Shown here: in pieces, positions 51,338 to 64,000 of the stretch
Numbering within the stretch: the stretch's first letter is position 1
Layout: every line of letters starts with the position of its first letter
DNA from: Octopus sinensis
Taxonomy: Eukaryota
DNA length: 64,000 nucleotides
Reading direction: 5' to 3'
Assembly (NCBI RefSeq): GCF_006345805.1
Contig: NW_021835038.1
Span: 1 to 64,000 of the forward strand
Notes under the pieces: model-generated
What the model was told of the DNA's origin: nothing
Databases searched by the model: none
Seen by the model: only the letters and a program-made list of their open reading frames with translations
Translations under genes and position numbers: made by a program

Positions 51338-51639
51338 ATACCATCACAATAATAATGAGATGAAACAGTATTGTTTAAGAAGATATGAGGTTACAGAAAA
51401 ATAAAGCTTTTGCCAGGATCACCTCTTTATCTGATGAAATATTTAGTTAGCCTGAAAATTATATCCATGGCATTCTAATCCAGCCACATATTCAAGCAAA
51501 CACACACACGTCCATACACACACACACACATACACACACACACACACACACATATACATACACACACATACAACATACACACATACACATGTTCGTTTGT
51601 AATCACATTCTGAAATGAAAAAAAAAATAAAATAAAAGG

Positions 51640-51993
51640 TAACGGAGGGGCAGTGCGTAGCCTGCGCGCGCATAAGGAGAACATAAAATAAATTTAATAA
51701 ATATATTCTCAGACGAATTCATATTTCAACAAAATGAAACCTAGAGTTATTTCCCCCAGCTTATCGTTTATTCTTATGTAACGAAGAAACAAAACATTTT
51801 GATTCACTTTTCCGCCTGTTTTGACTATAATCAAACCAAAATTAAATGAGTTCGAGCCACTCACCCAATAATTGAGTATTTCTGCCAAATTTGGTGAAAA
51901 TCCGTTCAGCCATTTTCCAGTAATTTTGCAAACACACAGACAAATACGAGCGACTACAATAGCGTGCTTTCGCTTCCGCGCGCAGGGTAATTA
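51640..51993 (-). mobile_element. Helentron-associated non-autonomous element (HINE/DINE-1-like)
   Basis: Subterminal IR cctgcgcgcg (51661-70) / cgcgcgcagg (51977-86). Minus start taattaccctgcgcgcgg..., gtctgtgtgttt tract, cggattttcaccaaatttgg. Confidence 0.65.
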
Positions 51994-52117
51994 TCAGACT
52001 CATTTGAAACAGTATTAAGTTACACTAAAATCACTTAAAATATACACTTATATGTATGCATTGGAGATGTTAGACACACGGTTACATTTTCTCTTGTAGT
52101 AATAGTTTGTGCGTTTT

Positions 52118-52163
<46 letters not shown>

Positions 52164-52314
52164 ATATCAAATTAGAGACAAAACCACTACTATGCAAATC
52201 AAACAAAGAAAGACTTAAGCCAATACATAATTAAATCTGATTTTTCCTTGTAAATTTGGATTTATTCCCTAATATTTATTATTATTATATATATATATAT
52301 ATATATATATAATG

Positions 52315-52370
52315 AGATACAGAGAAGTTTCAACTCAGGCAGACTACGATTGCTGTATATATATATTTTA

Positions 52371-52417
<47 letters not shown>

Positions 52418-52967
52418 ATTTAATATGATAGAATTGTCTAAAACATATATTACTACATTCAGAATATAAAGATATAGAAATATATATGAATGTTAAAAAT
52501 ATGCAAGGACAAACCAGTTAATACATTTCTGGCGCAAACGCTATTCTTTTCCCCTGACAATGGGGGGGGGGTGCATTCTTTGGAAGTGAATCATGAGATT
52601 CACATGTACTCTTTGAATAAACTCTAGAAACGATCGTCGGAATACTTCATTTCCTTTGAATATGGTACCAAAAACTCTTTTTAAACATCCAATACTCCTT
52701 CCATTCCATAATTTCTTGAGAATATTTTAAAGAAATGTCTTTCATTATTTCATTATTCTTATCTATATTTTTATCTTTACTCTATTGTATTTGTATATCT
52801 ACGTATTTATTTGTTCTTGCATATTTTTAACATTCATATATTTTTATATTTCTATATATGTATATTCTGAATGTGTTAATAAATGTTTTACTCAATTCTC
52901 TCATTTTAAACCCGTGTATGTATACATCAATTGTAGTCTGCCTGAGTTGAACCTCTTCTCTGTATCT
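52315..52967. repeat. Diverged inverted repeat (~170-bp arms, ~300-bp spacer)
   Basis: 52315-52512 (interrupted by (TA)n) is the reverse complement of 52811-52967, ~80% by eye. Confidence 0.8.
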
Positions 52968-53804
52968 ATTGTACTTGTCTAGCGTCTTGGGTTCGACTCG
53001 AGCACTTCCATGCTTTCTTTGCTTTTCTAAAGAAATTTATAATATATATATATATCTCCTTAAAAGCTAGCTCCTGTGGAGGGCTCTGCTTTGGGCCTTG
53101 AGCCCAACAAAAACACTTCATGCATTGAGTACATATATCAAATTTTATCAAACTTGACCAATATTTTTCAAGCAATGAACAATTTTCATCAAAACAATGA
53201 TGGAACCTATTGCAAAGCTACATGATAAACAATTTTTGTCTTCCCATTTAGGGGTCAGTACAATTTTTTTTCTGTCTAATCTCTTTCTTTCTCTCTCTCT
53301 CTCTTTCTGTTGATTGTTTTCAACCATCATCATTACCAGTGCTACTACCATCGCCACCACAACTGCCATACACGCACCATTTAGACTTCTGATGCCACCA
53401 CCATCAACATCTTTGAGTTCGGCGCCTTCCCCTCCATCACCACCATTACTGTCTTTCACATTGTTTACTATCACCTTCATCCCTGACTGTTTCGGTTACC
53501 ACCACCACCACCACCACCACCACTACCATCATCACTGTCACCTCTGCCTCTATCACAACTACAGCTCATACTATTACTATCACCCATTACTATCACAACC
53601 GTCAATCTACTACCGCCCTCACCATCTCTATACCTATTATTACTCTCACCCCAGCAGGTGGAATAGTAGAAGTGTCATTGAATAGTAAGAGGGTGGGGGT
53701 CATTATTATATAGATATATGTACAGAGTATTAGAAGTGGTCAGCCTATAAACTTTTGCGTCGACCCTCGCTAGTTGCCTTTCTCTAAGTTCTTGTTGAGA
53801 TCGA

Positions 53805-54324
53805 TACTCTTTTACTCTTTTACTTGTTTCAGTCATTTGACTGCGGCCATGCTGGAGCACCGCCTTTTAGTCGAGCAAATCGACCCGGGACTTATTCTTT
53901 TGTAAGCCCAGTACTTATTCTATCGGTCTCTTTTACTTGTTTCAGTCATTTGACTGAGGCCATGCTGGAGCACCGCCTTTTAGTCGAGCAAATCGACCCG
54001 GGACTTATTCTTTTGTAAGCCCAGTACTTATTCTATTGGTCTCTTTTGCCAAACCGCTAAGTGACGGGGACGAAAACACACCAGCATCGGTTGTCAAGCA
54101 ATGCTAGGGGGACAAACACAGTCATACAAACATACACACACACACATATATATATACATATATACGACAGGCTTCTTTCAGTTTCCGTCTACCAAATCCA
54201 CTCACAAGGCATTGGTCGGCCCCGGGCTATAACAGAAGACACTTGCCCAAGATGCCACGCAGTGGGACTGAACCCGCAACCATGTGGTTGGTTAGCAAGC
54301 TACTTACCACACAGCCACTCCTAC
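53805..54324 (-). mobile_element. SINE family A with a 113-bp tandem duplication of its 3' part
   Basis: 53815-53927 repeated at 53928-54040, joined at ctctttt. Confidence 0.92.
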
Positions 54325-54554
54325 GGAATCATTAAAATAATTATCTGAAATGTATTTAGTTTCGATCAATCGAATATTCATCGCTTCTTGTCAATGTATT
54401 GGAATTTTTACAAACGCAAATACTTACACATTCTCTCTCAGCCTTTTATTTGTTTCAGTCATATGACTGCAGCCATTTTGAAGCTCCACCGTGTAAGACT
54501 AGTTGAATAGATCGACGCCAATACTTATTTTCAGCTTAGTACTTATCTATAGGG

Positions 54555-55070
54555 GGCAAAGGAAGTGATTGCGTCACTCATAGCCTCTCCTCTCCAGGTG
54601 TAATGATCGCTGCAGAGAACTTCTACCTGGCTGCGCCTTGCGGAAAGTTCTGCTTATGGCCTCTCCTGCACTACTGTGTCCACAGCAGCACCTTCACGCG
54701 GTACCCCTGTTTCTCACTGAGCCTGCTGTGTGGCGCGACAGGGTGCTTGGCGGTATAACCGGGTGGGCAGACCGGGCTCGTTAGCCTTGTTGGCAGCCAG
54801 TCTAGGAGAAGGAAAACTCTGACTCCAAACCCTCGCTCCGCTGCCTTGCGGATGCTCTTGGGAGAGGGAAAGGCTATGGGAGTAAACCCAGACAGAAAAT
54901 CCGGAGTGGAGCCCCGAAGGCGGTAGGGTGTCGAATCTCGACCCTTTCCGGCAACTCCTGCAGCCAACCAGACTCCAAACGTACTGCACTGCATTCCTTT
55001 GGATTATGTCTGGGGGGCCGAGAGGGAGATTCTGGTGTCTGGGCAGCCCAGTGTCTTCGTTTTTCTACCG
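54555..55070 (+). mobile_element. GC-rich RTE-type 5' UTR / leader fragment
   Basis: gcagccagtctaggagaaggaaaactctgactccaaacc...gctgccttgcgg...aaatccggagtggagccc...ggcaactcctgcagccaa, motifs I recall from RTE 5' regions. Confidence 0.6.
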
Positions 55071-55494
55071 CCCAGGCTGCACCATGGAGAAAACTACTCC
55101 ATCGATGGAACTTATCTATAGTACTTATTTTCCCGAACCGCTGAGTTACGAGTACATAAACAAACCAACATACACACCTACGCACACACATACACACCCA
55201 TATGTGTGGATTTTACACTGTTTCCGTCTACCATATTTACTCAAAGTGTTTTGCAGGAACGTCTTAACTGCATAGACATGCCTAGTATAATGATATTCTT
55301 GGATAACGAAACAGAGGCGCTTTTCTGTTTTGTTTTGTTTTTCAAGAAACCATATGATACGTCCTTGGTTTTAAGAATACAAACATTTCTGTTAAAAGAT
55401 TTCAGTAAATTTACCGATAAATTCTAACAAAGAATAATTATTATAATTATAATTATTATTATTATCATTATTATTATTTTTATTATTATTATTT

Positions 55495-56191
<697 letters not shown>

Positions 56192-56195
56192 CATT

Positions 56196-56755
56196 GAGTG
56201 AGAGAGCAGTGCATGCCATGAAAGTGACACGGGGGTAAAATATACAAAGCCCAGTATACCCATCATGACTTACCCGTCTGATAAGAGTACACCAGGCACA
56301 TGCATCACAACCATATTTACGAGACATGGTGATCTCATATCAAGATAACCAACGCATGACCTTGCAGGCGGGACTCAGTTAGAATTTTCTTCAAGTTGAC
56401 TAGCCCATCCCGATCAAACTGTTCTTAAATAAGGGTTGTTTAAGGATGTTGAAAGATACACCCATGCTCCCAGAGGTGAATTATTCAAACTTCAAAAAAT
56501 TCCTCTTATCACAAGAATATGATGCTCCCCCACCACTTCTGTTCATGATCAGAGATGCACATATCGTCAGCCACTAAGGGGCATGCTCAACTGGTTACGG
56601 TCAAACAACTGACAAGCAAATCTGTGGTATTGAGCAGAATATTTGCTGTAGCCCATCTTTTATACCAAGACAAAACAATGTACATGATAACACTTCCAAT
56701 CAGTTAAGATCAGAAGACATGAGAGCCACTGCCTGGTACTGCATCAGGGCATTTA
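56196..56755 (-). mobile_element. Element 'D', full length (~560 bp), in (TAA)n
   Basis: Minus start taaatgccctgatgcagtacc, end ctctctcactc. (ATT)n on both flanks. Confidence 0.88.
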
Positions 56756-56764
56756 TTATTATTA

Positions 56765-56816
<52 letters not shown>

Positions 56817-57347
56817 CATTTTTTTTTTTTGCCATTCGAAAATTCTCAGGCAATACTCAGTTGAAATATACCGATCATGTCGGAATGAACTGTATGCTCA
56901 GAAAAGGGATTGTTAAACACTTGACGTAGTGTCACAGCAATCAATAATTTTGTTTCTTAGTGGAAAAATTCCTTTGCGGGAAAAGCTGAATAATCATAGA
57001 AATACAACATTCGGTTGATTGACAAAAATAGATAACATTAAAAGTTACACATTTACAGCTTCGTTCTGTTCAATAAACTCAAATAAACTCGTATTCAGAT
57101 GTTCGACTTATGAACAGTTTTTTTTTTTTGTTTTTTTTTAATCATATTTTATGGGAAAGAAGCATTAAAAATCAGGTAAACTACGAATAAAAATGATAAA
57201 TTTGTCGAAAATCTTACTTGAAACTTCTCTTCTTTTTTTTACTGATACTTTTATCATTAAAGTCGGGGAAAATGAAACAATAAAATAAAGGTGTGCGCGG
57301 TGTATATTATATATATATATATATATTATATATATGTGTGTTGTGTG

Positions 57348-57378
<31 letters not shown>

Positions 57379-57634
57379 TGGTGTGTTGTACGTTCATTTG
57401 TGTGTATATGTATATATATTTATACACATTTATTATCAATTACAAATATATATGTATGTATATATATAGTATATATACATGTACCACAAATTATACGTAT
57501 ATGCTTATAATATATACAGATACACACACAACACACGTATATATATATATATATACAGATATATGTATATGTATGTATATATGTATGTATATATAATATA
57601 TATATATATACATATATATATATGTATGTATGTA

Positions 57635-57703
<69 letters not shown>

Positions 57704-57799
57704 TATACAGATGTATATATATACACAGATATATATATATATATATACAGATATACGTGTATATGTATATATATGTATGGTTCTATGTATGTATGTATG

Positions 57800-57843
<44 letters not shown>

Positions 57844-58234
57844 GTGCGACTGCGTGTGTAATGTATGCATGTTTTTTGGCTTCTCAGAGATATGCCCTGA
57901 CGTCGATATTAAAATATCGGACCAAATCTTGTCAATGTTTCCTCTGAATTAAGGAAGCCATTTTGGTGTTAGCTGTAAAATGTTAGTTATCAAAACGAAA
58001 CGTATCTATCACTTTTCTTTCTTTTCTTATTCTTTTCTTTTTTTTTTTTGTCGGAAGACAAATATTAATAATAAATGGAATTTGTAAAGTTTACAGAGGC
58101 AAAACGTATCAAAAATATTTTCAGTACTCTCCATGGTGAATAATAATAATAATAATAATAATATAATAATAATAATAATAATAATAAAAATAATAATAAT
58201 AATATAATAATAATAATAATAATAATAATAAATG

Positions 58235-58271
<37 letters not shown>

Positions 58272-58315
58272 TATAATAATCTAATAATAATATAATAAAA
58301 ATAATAATAATAATA

Positions 58316-58361
<46 letters not shown>

Positions 58362-58372
58362 TAATAATAATA

Positions 58373-58417
<45 letters not shown>

Positions 58418-58422
58418 TAATA

Positions 58423-58460
<38 letters not shown>

Positions 58461-58496
58461 TAATAATAATATAATAATAATAATAATAATAATAAT

Positions 58497-58808
58497 CTTC
58501 AAAATACAATGACCTGGAAATAGAAGTAACTCGAATGTGGAATCTAAAAACAGAAACAATTCCTATCATAGTAGGCGCATTAGGTATGATAAAAAAATAT
58601 TCAGACAAATACATAACAAAAACACCAGGACTTACAAATATATACAACATACAGAAAATTGGACTACTAGGCACTGCACACATCCTACACAAAACACTTT
58701 CAATGCAGTAACCATCAGAGCATCACAGCAAACCACAGCACATATTCAAGGCACACAGAGCTGCGCTCGGTAGTGAAGTGAAAGCACGATATAAAAATAA
58801 AACTATTG
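58497..58808 (+). mobile_element. R4/Dong 3' end (another lineage) in (TAA)n
   Basis: SKYNDLEIEVTRMWNLKTETIPIIVGALGMIKK...IQKIGLLGTAHILHKTLSMQ*. Confidence 0.9.
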
Positions 58809-58826
58809 ATAATAATAATAATAATA

Positions 58827-58882
<56 letters not shown>

Positions 58883-58899
58883 TGTATAACTGTAACTTA

Positions 58900-60170
58900 C
58901 TGACTGCGGGGATAATGGAGCAAACATGGATGAGAAAAGGAAAGACCGTGCTGATATCGAAAAACAATGAAAGGGAGGTACAGTCAATTGTTATAGACCT
59001 AATATGTGCTGACTGTTACTCTGGAAATTATTAATTAACCTCAAAGCAGATGAAGTGCATAGCTATGTAGAGAAGGAGAATTTATTGCCAGGGGAGCAAA
59101 AAGAATGCATAAAGAAGTCAAGGGAAAATGCTGATCTGATGCATAATGATAGTAGGACACTAAATGTGATACGAATAAGAAGCAAAAAAATATAGCTATT
59201 GGACAGATAGACTTCAAGAAGTTTATGACGATGTTCTACACTGCTGGCTCATGGAATGTCTGGGGACACTCAAAGTCAATGAGAAGATAAACTGTGTTTT
59301 TTTTTAGAAATAAGAAACAATTAGAGCAATGGAAGTAAAACAAATGTGAATCATTAGGAAATGTGAAAATACAAAGGGGGATACTCCAGGGAGACTCACT
59401 CTCTCCTTTACTTTTCATCATTGCATTAATCCCTTTGATAAAGATATTGAGAAAATACCGGCCTTCCCTATGAATTTGTCCAAACTAGGGTGAAAATTAA
59501 TCACCTACGATATATGGATGACCTCAAACTGTATACAAAAAAAAAAAAGGAATAGGCCTGTATTCTCTATTATAAATAGTAAAATTATTTAGCAAGGATA
59601 TTGGGATGCAGTTTGAAGTAAATAAGCGTACAGATTTAACTATGGAGAAACATCGAAGGGTTACATTTGACAGAATAAAATTACAAGGCGGTGAACTGGA
59701 AGAAACGTTAGCACGCCGGGCGAAATGCTTAGCAGTATCTCGTCTGCCGCTGCATTCTGAGTTCAAATTCCGCCGAGGTCGACTTTGCCTTTCATCCTTT
59801 CGGGGTCGATAAATTAAGTACCAGTTACGCACTGGGGTCGATGTAATCGACTTAATCCGTTTGTCTGTCCTTGTTTGTCCCCTCTGTGTTTAGCCCCTTG
59901 TGGGCAATAAAGAAATAAGCATAAAATTACAAGATGATATCGTTAGGTCGGTGAGAAATAATGAGGGATACAAGTACAGGTACGATTAGATAATGAAAAG
60001 AGAAATTGTCTCCAAAGAGAAGGGTTAGGAGAGATTCGAAACAAAACTATCTCTGCGAATACGAAATACGATCTACACTTGGACATCTTAAAGAGGGTCC
60101 TTTCTTGCACTGGAAATAAGAAAAAAAAATGCAGATTATGTCCCACAGAGGCCATTCATATGTTAGTAAG
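58900..60170 (+). mobile_element. Old R4-clade RT fragment interrupted by a SINE
   Basis: [38 protein letters not shown]. Confidence 0.8.
59688..59920 (+). mobile_element. SINE family B, full length
   Basis: 13-bp TSD ataaaattacaag at 59675-59687 and 59921-59933. Confidence 0.95.
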
Positions 60171-60189
60171 TAATAATAAGTAAGTAAAA

Positions 60190-60440
60190 TCTTTCGCTGG
60201 TGACTGGAGGTAGAGGCTGTCCTCTTAACCAATACGCCGTTTCGGTGGCGCTGGATGACGGACTCTGGTGATGATGTTATTCCACTCTTTCCGATCCATA
60301 GCACTGACCTTAGCATGCTTGAGGTCTAGGCGCTGCGACTTCAAGTCTTCCTCAATTTGTTTTGACCTTGTCTTCTTTGTTGCATAGTGCTGGGATCCTC
60401 CAGTGCGAGGATCGCTGCCGCCACAAAAGTTGGTGTGGTA
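60190..60440 (-). mobile_element. Probable RTE-clade ORF C-terminus
   Basis: KQIEEDLKSQRLDLKHAKVSAMDRKEWNNII (A.DR..W motif). Confidence 0.5.
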
Positions 60441-60557
60441 GTCTTCTGGTGCTCATTCTGCTCGACTAAAGGCGGTGCTCCAGCATGGCTACAGTCAAAT
60501 GACTGAAACAAGTAAAAGAGTAAAAGAGAGTAAAATATATATATATGTGTGTGTGTT

Positions 60558-60608
<51 letters not shown>

Positions 60609-61099
60609 TGTGTGTGTGTGTGTGTGTACTCGTAAATGTTTAAACAAGCACACAGTGTGCTCAATTCAATTTGATGACCACGTATCTTTCTCGTATAAAT
60701 TAATTTGCAATTTTTTTTTTGCACTTTTACAACAACAACAACAATAATAATAACAACAATAATAAGTGAAACTCAGTGTGATAGCTTCGTTACCATTTTT
60801 AGCATTTTCACATGAACATTGTTGCAAGTACTGATGTCAGGAGAATTATCTTGTAAAAGAGATTCTTATTAACAAGAATCTGGGAAAAAAAGCCTTTGTA
60901 AGTCTCCTCGACAAAATGCTGCCTAACTATTACTTAGTTGCATAACCATTTACCATGTCGCTAGATTACAAAGCAGTCATCATGAGAGGCGTGGTCTTTA
61001 ACCAATTTAACGTAAAATATGTTCCACATTTCTGGCAAACATTATGTTCTACGAATATAGTTTTATTAATCTTCTCACTTCGTCACCTCGCTTTATTAC

Positions 61100-61915
61100 G
61101 CGCATACATACATACGTACGTGCATATATGCATGCATACATACGTACGTGCATACATACATACATACATACATACATACATACATACATACATACATACA
61201 TACGTACATACATACATACGTACGTGCATACATGCATGCATACATACATACATACATACATACATACATACATACATACAAGCATTTATACCTACATACA
61301 TACGTACGTACATACATACATACATACATACATACATACATACATACATACATACATACATACATACGTACATACATACATACATGCATACACACATACA
61401 TACATACATACATACATACATACGTACGTACGTACGTACGTACGTACATACATACATACATACATACATACATACATACATACATACATACATACATACA
61501 TACATACATACGTACGTGCATACATGCATGCATGCATACATACATACATACATACATACATACATACATACATACATACATACATACATGCATACATGCA
61601 TACATACATATGTACATGCATACATGCATGCATACATACATACATACATACATACATACATACATACATACGTACGTACGTACGTACATACATACATACA
61701 TACATACATACGTACGTACGTACGTACGTACATACATACATACATACGTACACACATACATACATACATACATTTGTACATACATACATACATACATACA
61801 CACATACATACATACATACATACATACGTACGTACATACATACATACATACATACGTACATACATACATACATACAAGCATTTATACCTACATGCGTACA
61901 TACATACATGCATGC
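61100..61915. repeat. (TACA)n / (TACG)n array; similar arrays at 62870-63400
   Basis: Direct inspection. Confidence 0.95.
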
Positions 61916-62330
61916 ATGTAATTTATATACATACATATGTAATGCATACACACATATACACACATACACAAGAATATAAATATAAAACGTAAATAATACA
62001 TAAATGCATATTCACAAAATTAAACGTACATAGATATATTCATACATATATGCATACATATATATGTATACATGTACACACACACACACATACACTTATG
62101 TATGTATATTTCAATACATACATAGATATATATACATATATACATACACATAAATACATTTGTATATTTATTCATATATATACATTCGTACATACAGACA
62201 TACATACATACATACATATACACACATACACATATATATATATACATATACATGCATACATATACATACATACATGTATACATACATATACATGCATACA
62301 TCCTACATTCATACATACATACACATAGAC

Positions 62331-62362
<32 letters not shown>

Positions 62363-62614
62363 GTGTGTTTATACGCATATACATGCACATACACACACAC
62401 ACAATATATATATATATTATATATATATATACATACACATATATAAACATATACACATACATATACACACATATATATACATATACGTAAACACATACAC
62501 ATACGTTTACACATATATGTGTGTGTGTATATATCTGTAGGTATATATATATATGTGTGTGTGTGTTGTGTTGTGTGTGTGTGTGTGTATGTGTATGTGC
62601 ATGCATATATGTAG

Positions 62615-62647
<33 letters not shown>

Positions 62648-62656
62648 ATATATATA

Positions 62657-62832
62657 TGTAGGGAGAGTTTACGAAACAAACAAAAGACGAAGACCGGTGG
62701 TGTACAAAACAACAGATGTATTAGTATAAACGCTCAGGAATAAAAAAAGTATTTCACGTTTCGAGCCTACCTCTTCTACAGAAAGGGACACAGAAAAAAT
62801 GTGTGTAGTGGCTAACGATTTATCATGGCGGT
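62657..62832 (-). repeat. ~175-bp mini-element with a degenerate hammerhead-like motif, ending in (TA)n
   Basis: Minus strand: cttt-CTGTAGA-a-gag-gtagg-ctc-GAAAc-GTG-aaa. Same layout as 16403-16590. Confidence 0.45.
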
Positions 62833-62887
62833 GCATGTGTATATGTATATGTATGTAAATGTATAAATATGTATGTATGTATGTAAA

Positions 62888-62923
<36 letters not shown>

Positions 62924-63125
62924 TGTATGTATGTATGTATGTATGTATGTATGTATGTATATGTATCATACATACATACATACATGCATACATACATACA
63001 TGCATACATACATACATACATACATACATACATACATACATACATACATACATAAAGGTATGTCCTATCTTCCGTTGTCTTTATTTAATCCTGAAAATAT
63101 TTATGTATAGTACGCACTCATTAAA

Positions 63126-63159
<34 letters not shown>

Positions 63160-63761
63160 CATACATACATACATACATACATACATACATACATACATGC
63201 ATGCATGCATGCATACATACATACATACATACACGCACACATACATAAATACATACATACATACATACATACATACATACATACATACATACATACATAC
63301 ATACACATACATACGCATGTACACATATATATATACACATACACATATACATGCATACATACATGCACATACACACATATACATACATGCATACGTATAC
63401 ATATAAACAGGAAACTGCAACTCAAAACATGTCCTGTATGTACGTGTTTTTTATAAATAAGCGGGAGAAGTTAGAAGGTAACTCATGCACTAGGAGTTTC
63501 GTTCTTTGACACCTGTGTATGTATGTATCTATGTGTGTATGCGTGTGTGTATGCATGTATATATATGTATGTATGCATGTGTGTATGTATGTGTATATGT
63601 GCGTATGTATACGTTAGTGTATGTCTGTGAGTGTATGTGTGTGAGGGAGTGTGTTTACATATCTATTTGTGCATATATATGTATTCATAAATGCGTATAT
63701 TCAAATATATATGTATATTTATATATATATGTGTGTGTATATATCTATCTATCCACCTATC

Positions 63762-63796
<35 letters not shown>

Positions 63797-63798
<2 letters not shown>

Positions 63799-64000
63799 CT
63801 TTACTGCCCACAAGGGGCTAAACACAGAGGTTACAAAGAAGGACAGACAAAGGGATTAAGTCGATTACATCGACCCCAGTGCGTAACTGGTACTTTAGTT
63901 ATCGACCCCGAAAGGATGAAAGGCAAAGTCGACCTCGGCGGAATTTGAACTCAGAACGTAACGGCGGACGAAATACGGCTACGCATTTCGCCCGGCGCTT
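63797..64000 (-). mobile_element. SINE family B, runs off the window end
   Basis: Family-B tail and body. Confidence 0.9.

Noticed and set aside
56690-56755. HDV-like ribozyme at the 5' end of element D
   Set aside because: I could not build the P1/P2/P3 nested pseudoknot by eye; left as a computation to run.

Overview
AT-rich eukaryotic non-genic DNA (intergenic or deep intronic), made almost entirely of microsatellites and decayed transposable elements. The repeat repertoire suggests a cephalopod, probably Octopus (inference from recalled repeat families, not a database result). I cannot support any host protein-coding exon, and most long ORFs in the track are microsatellite read-throughs. 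Recognisable elements: (1) about nine pieces of R4/Dong-clade RLE retrotransposons from several lineages, mostly inside (TAA)n, plus one more divergent RLE-like 3' end inside (TACA)n; (2) a 3.2-kb Penelope-like element (RT + GIY-YIG) and several type-I hammerhead ribozyme motifs; (3) Tx1/L1, CR1/Jockey-group and RTE LINE fragments; (4) a Tigger/pogo transposon with a nested Helitron, a Tigger MITE, a Tc1/mariner 3' end, hAT MITEs and a Helentron-type HINE; (5) several tRNA-derived SINE families in many copies. Best leads: a hairpin conserved in the 3' UTRs of otherwise unalignable R4 lineages and also present in a non-coding 560-bp (TAA)n-inserted element (candidate R4-dependent SINE); the (TACA)n-embedded RLE-like end; a hammerhead with the compensatory U3-A8 core; and concatemeric SINEs with a recurring junction.
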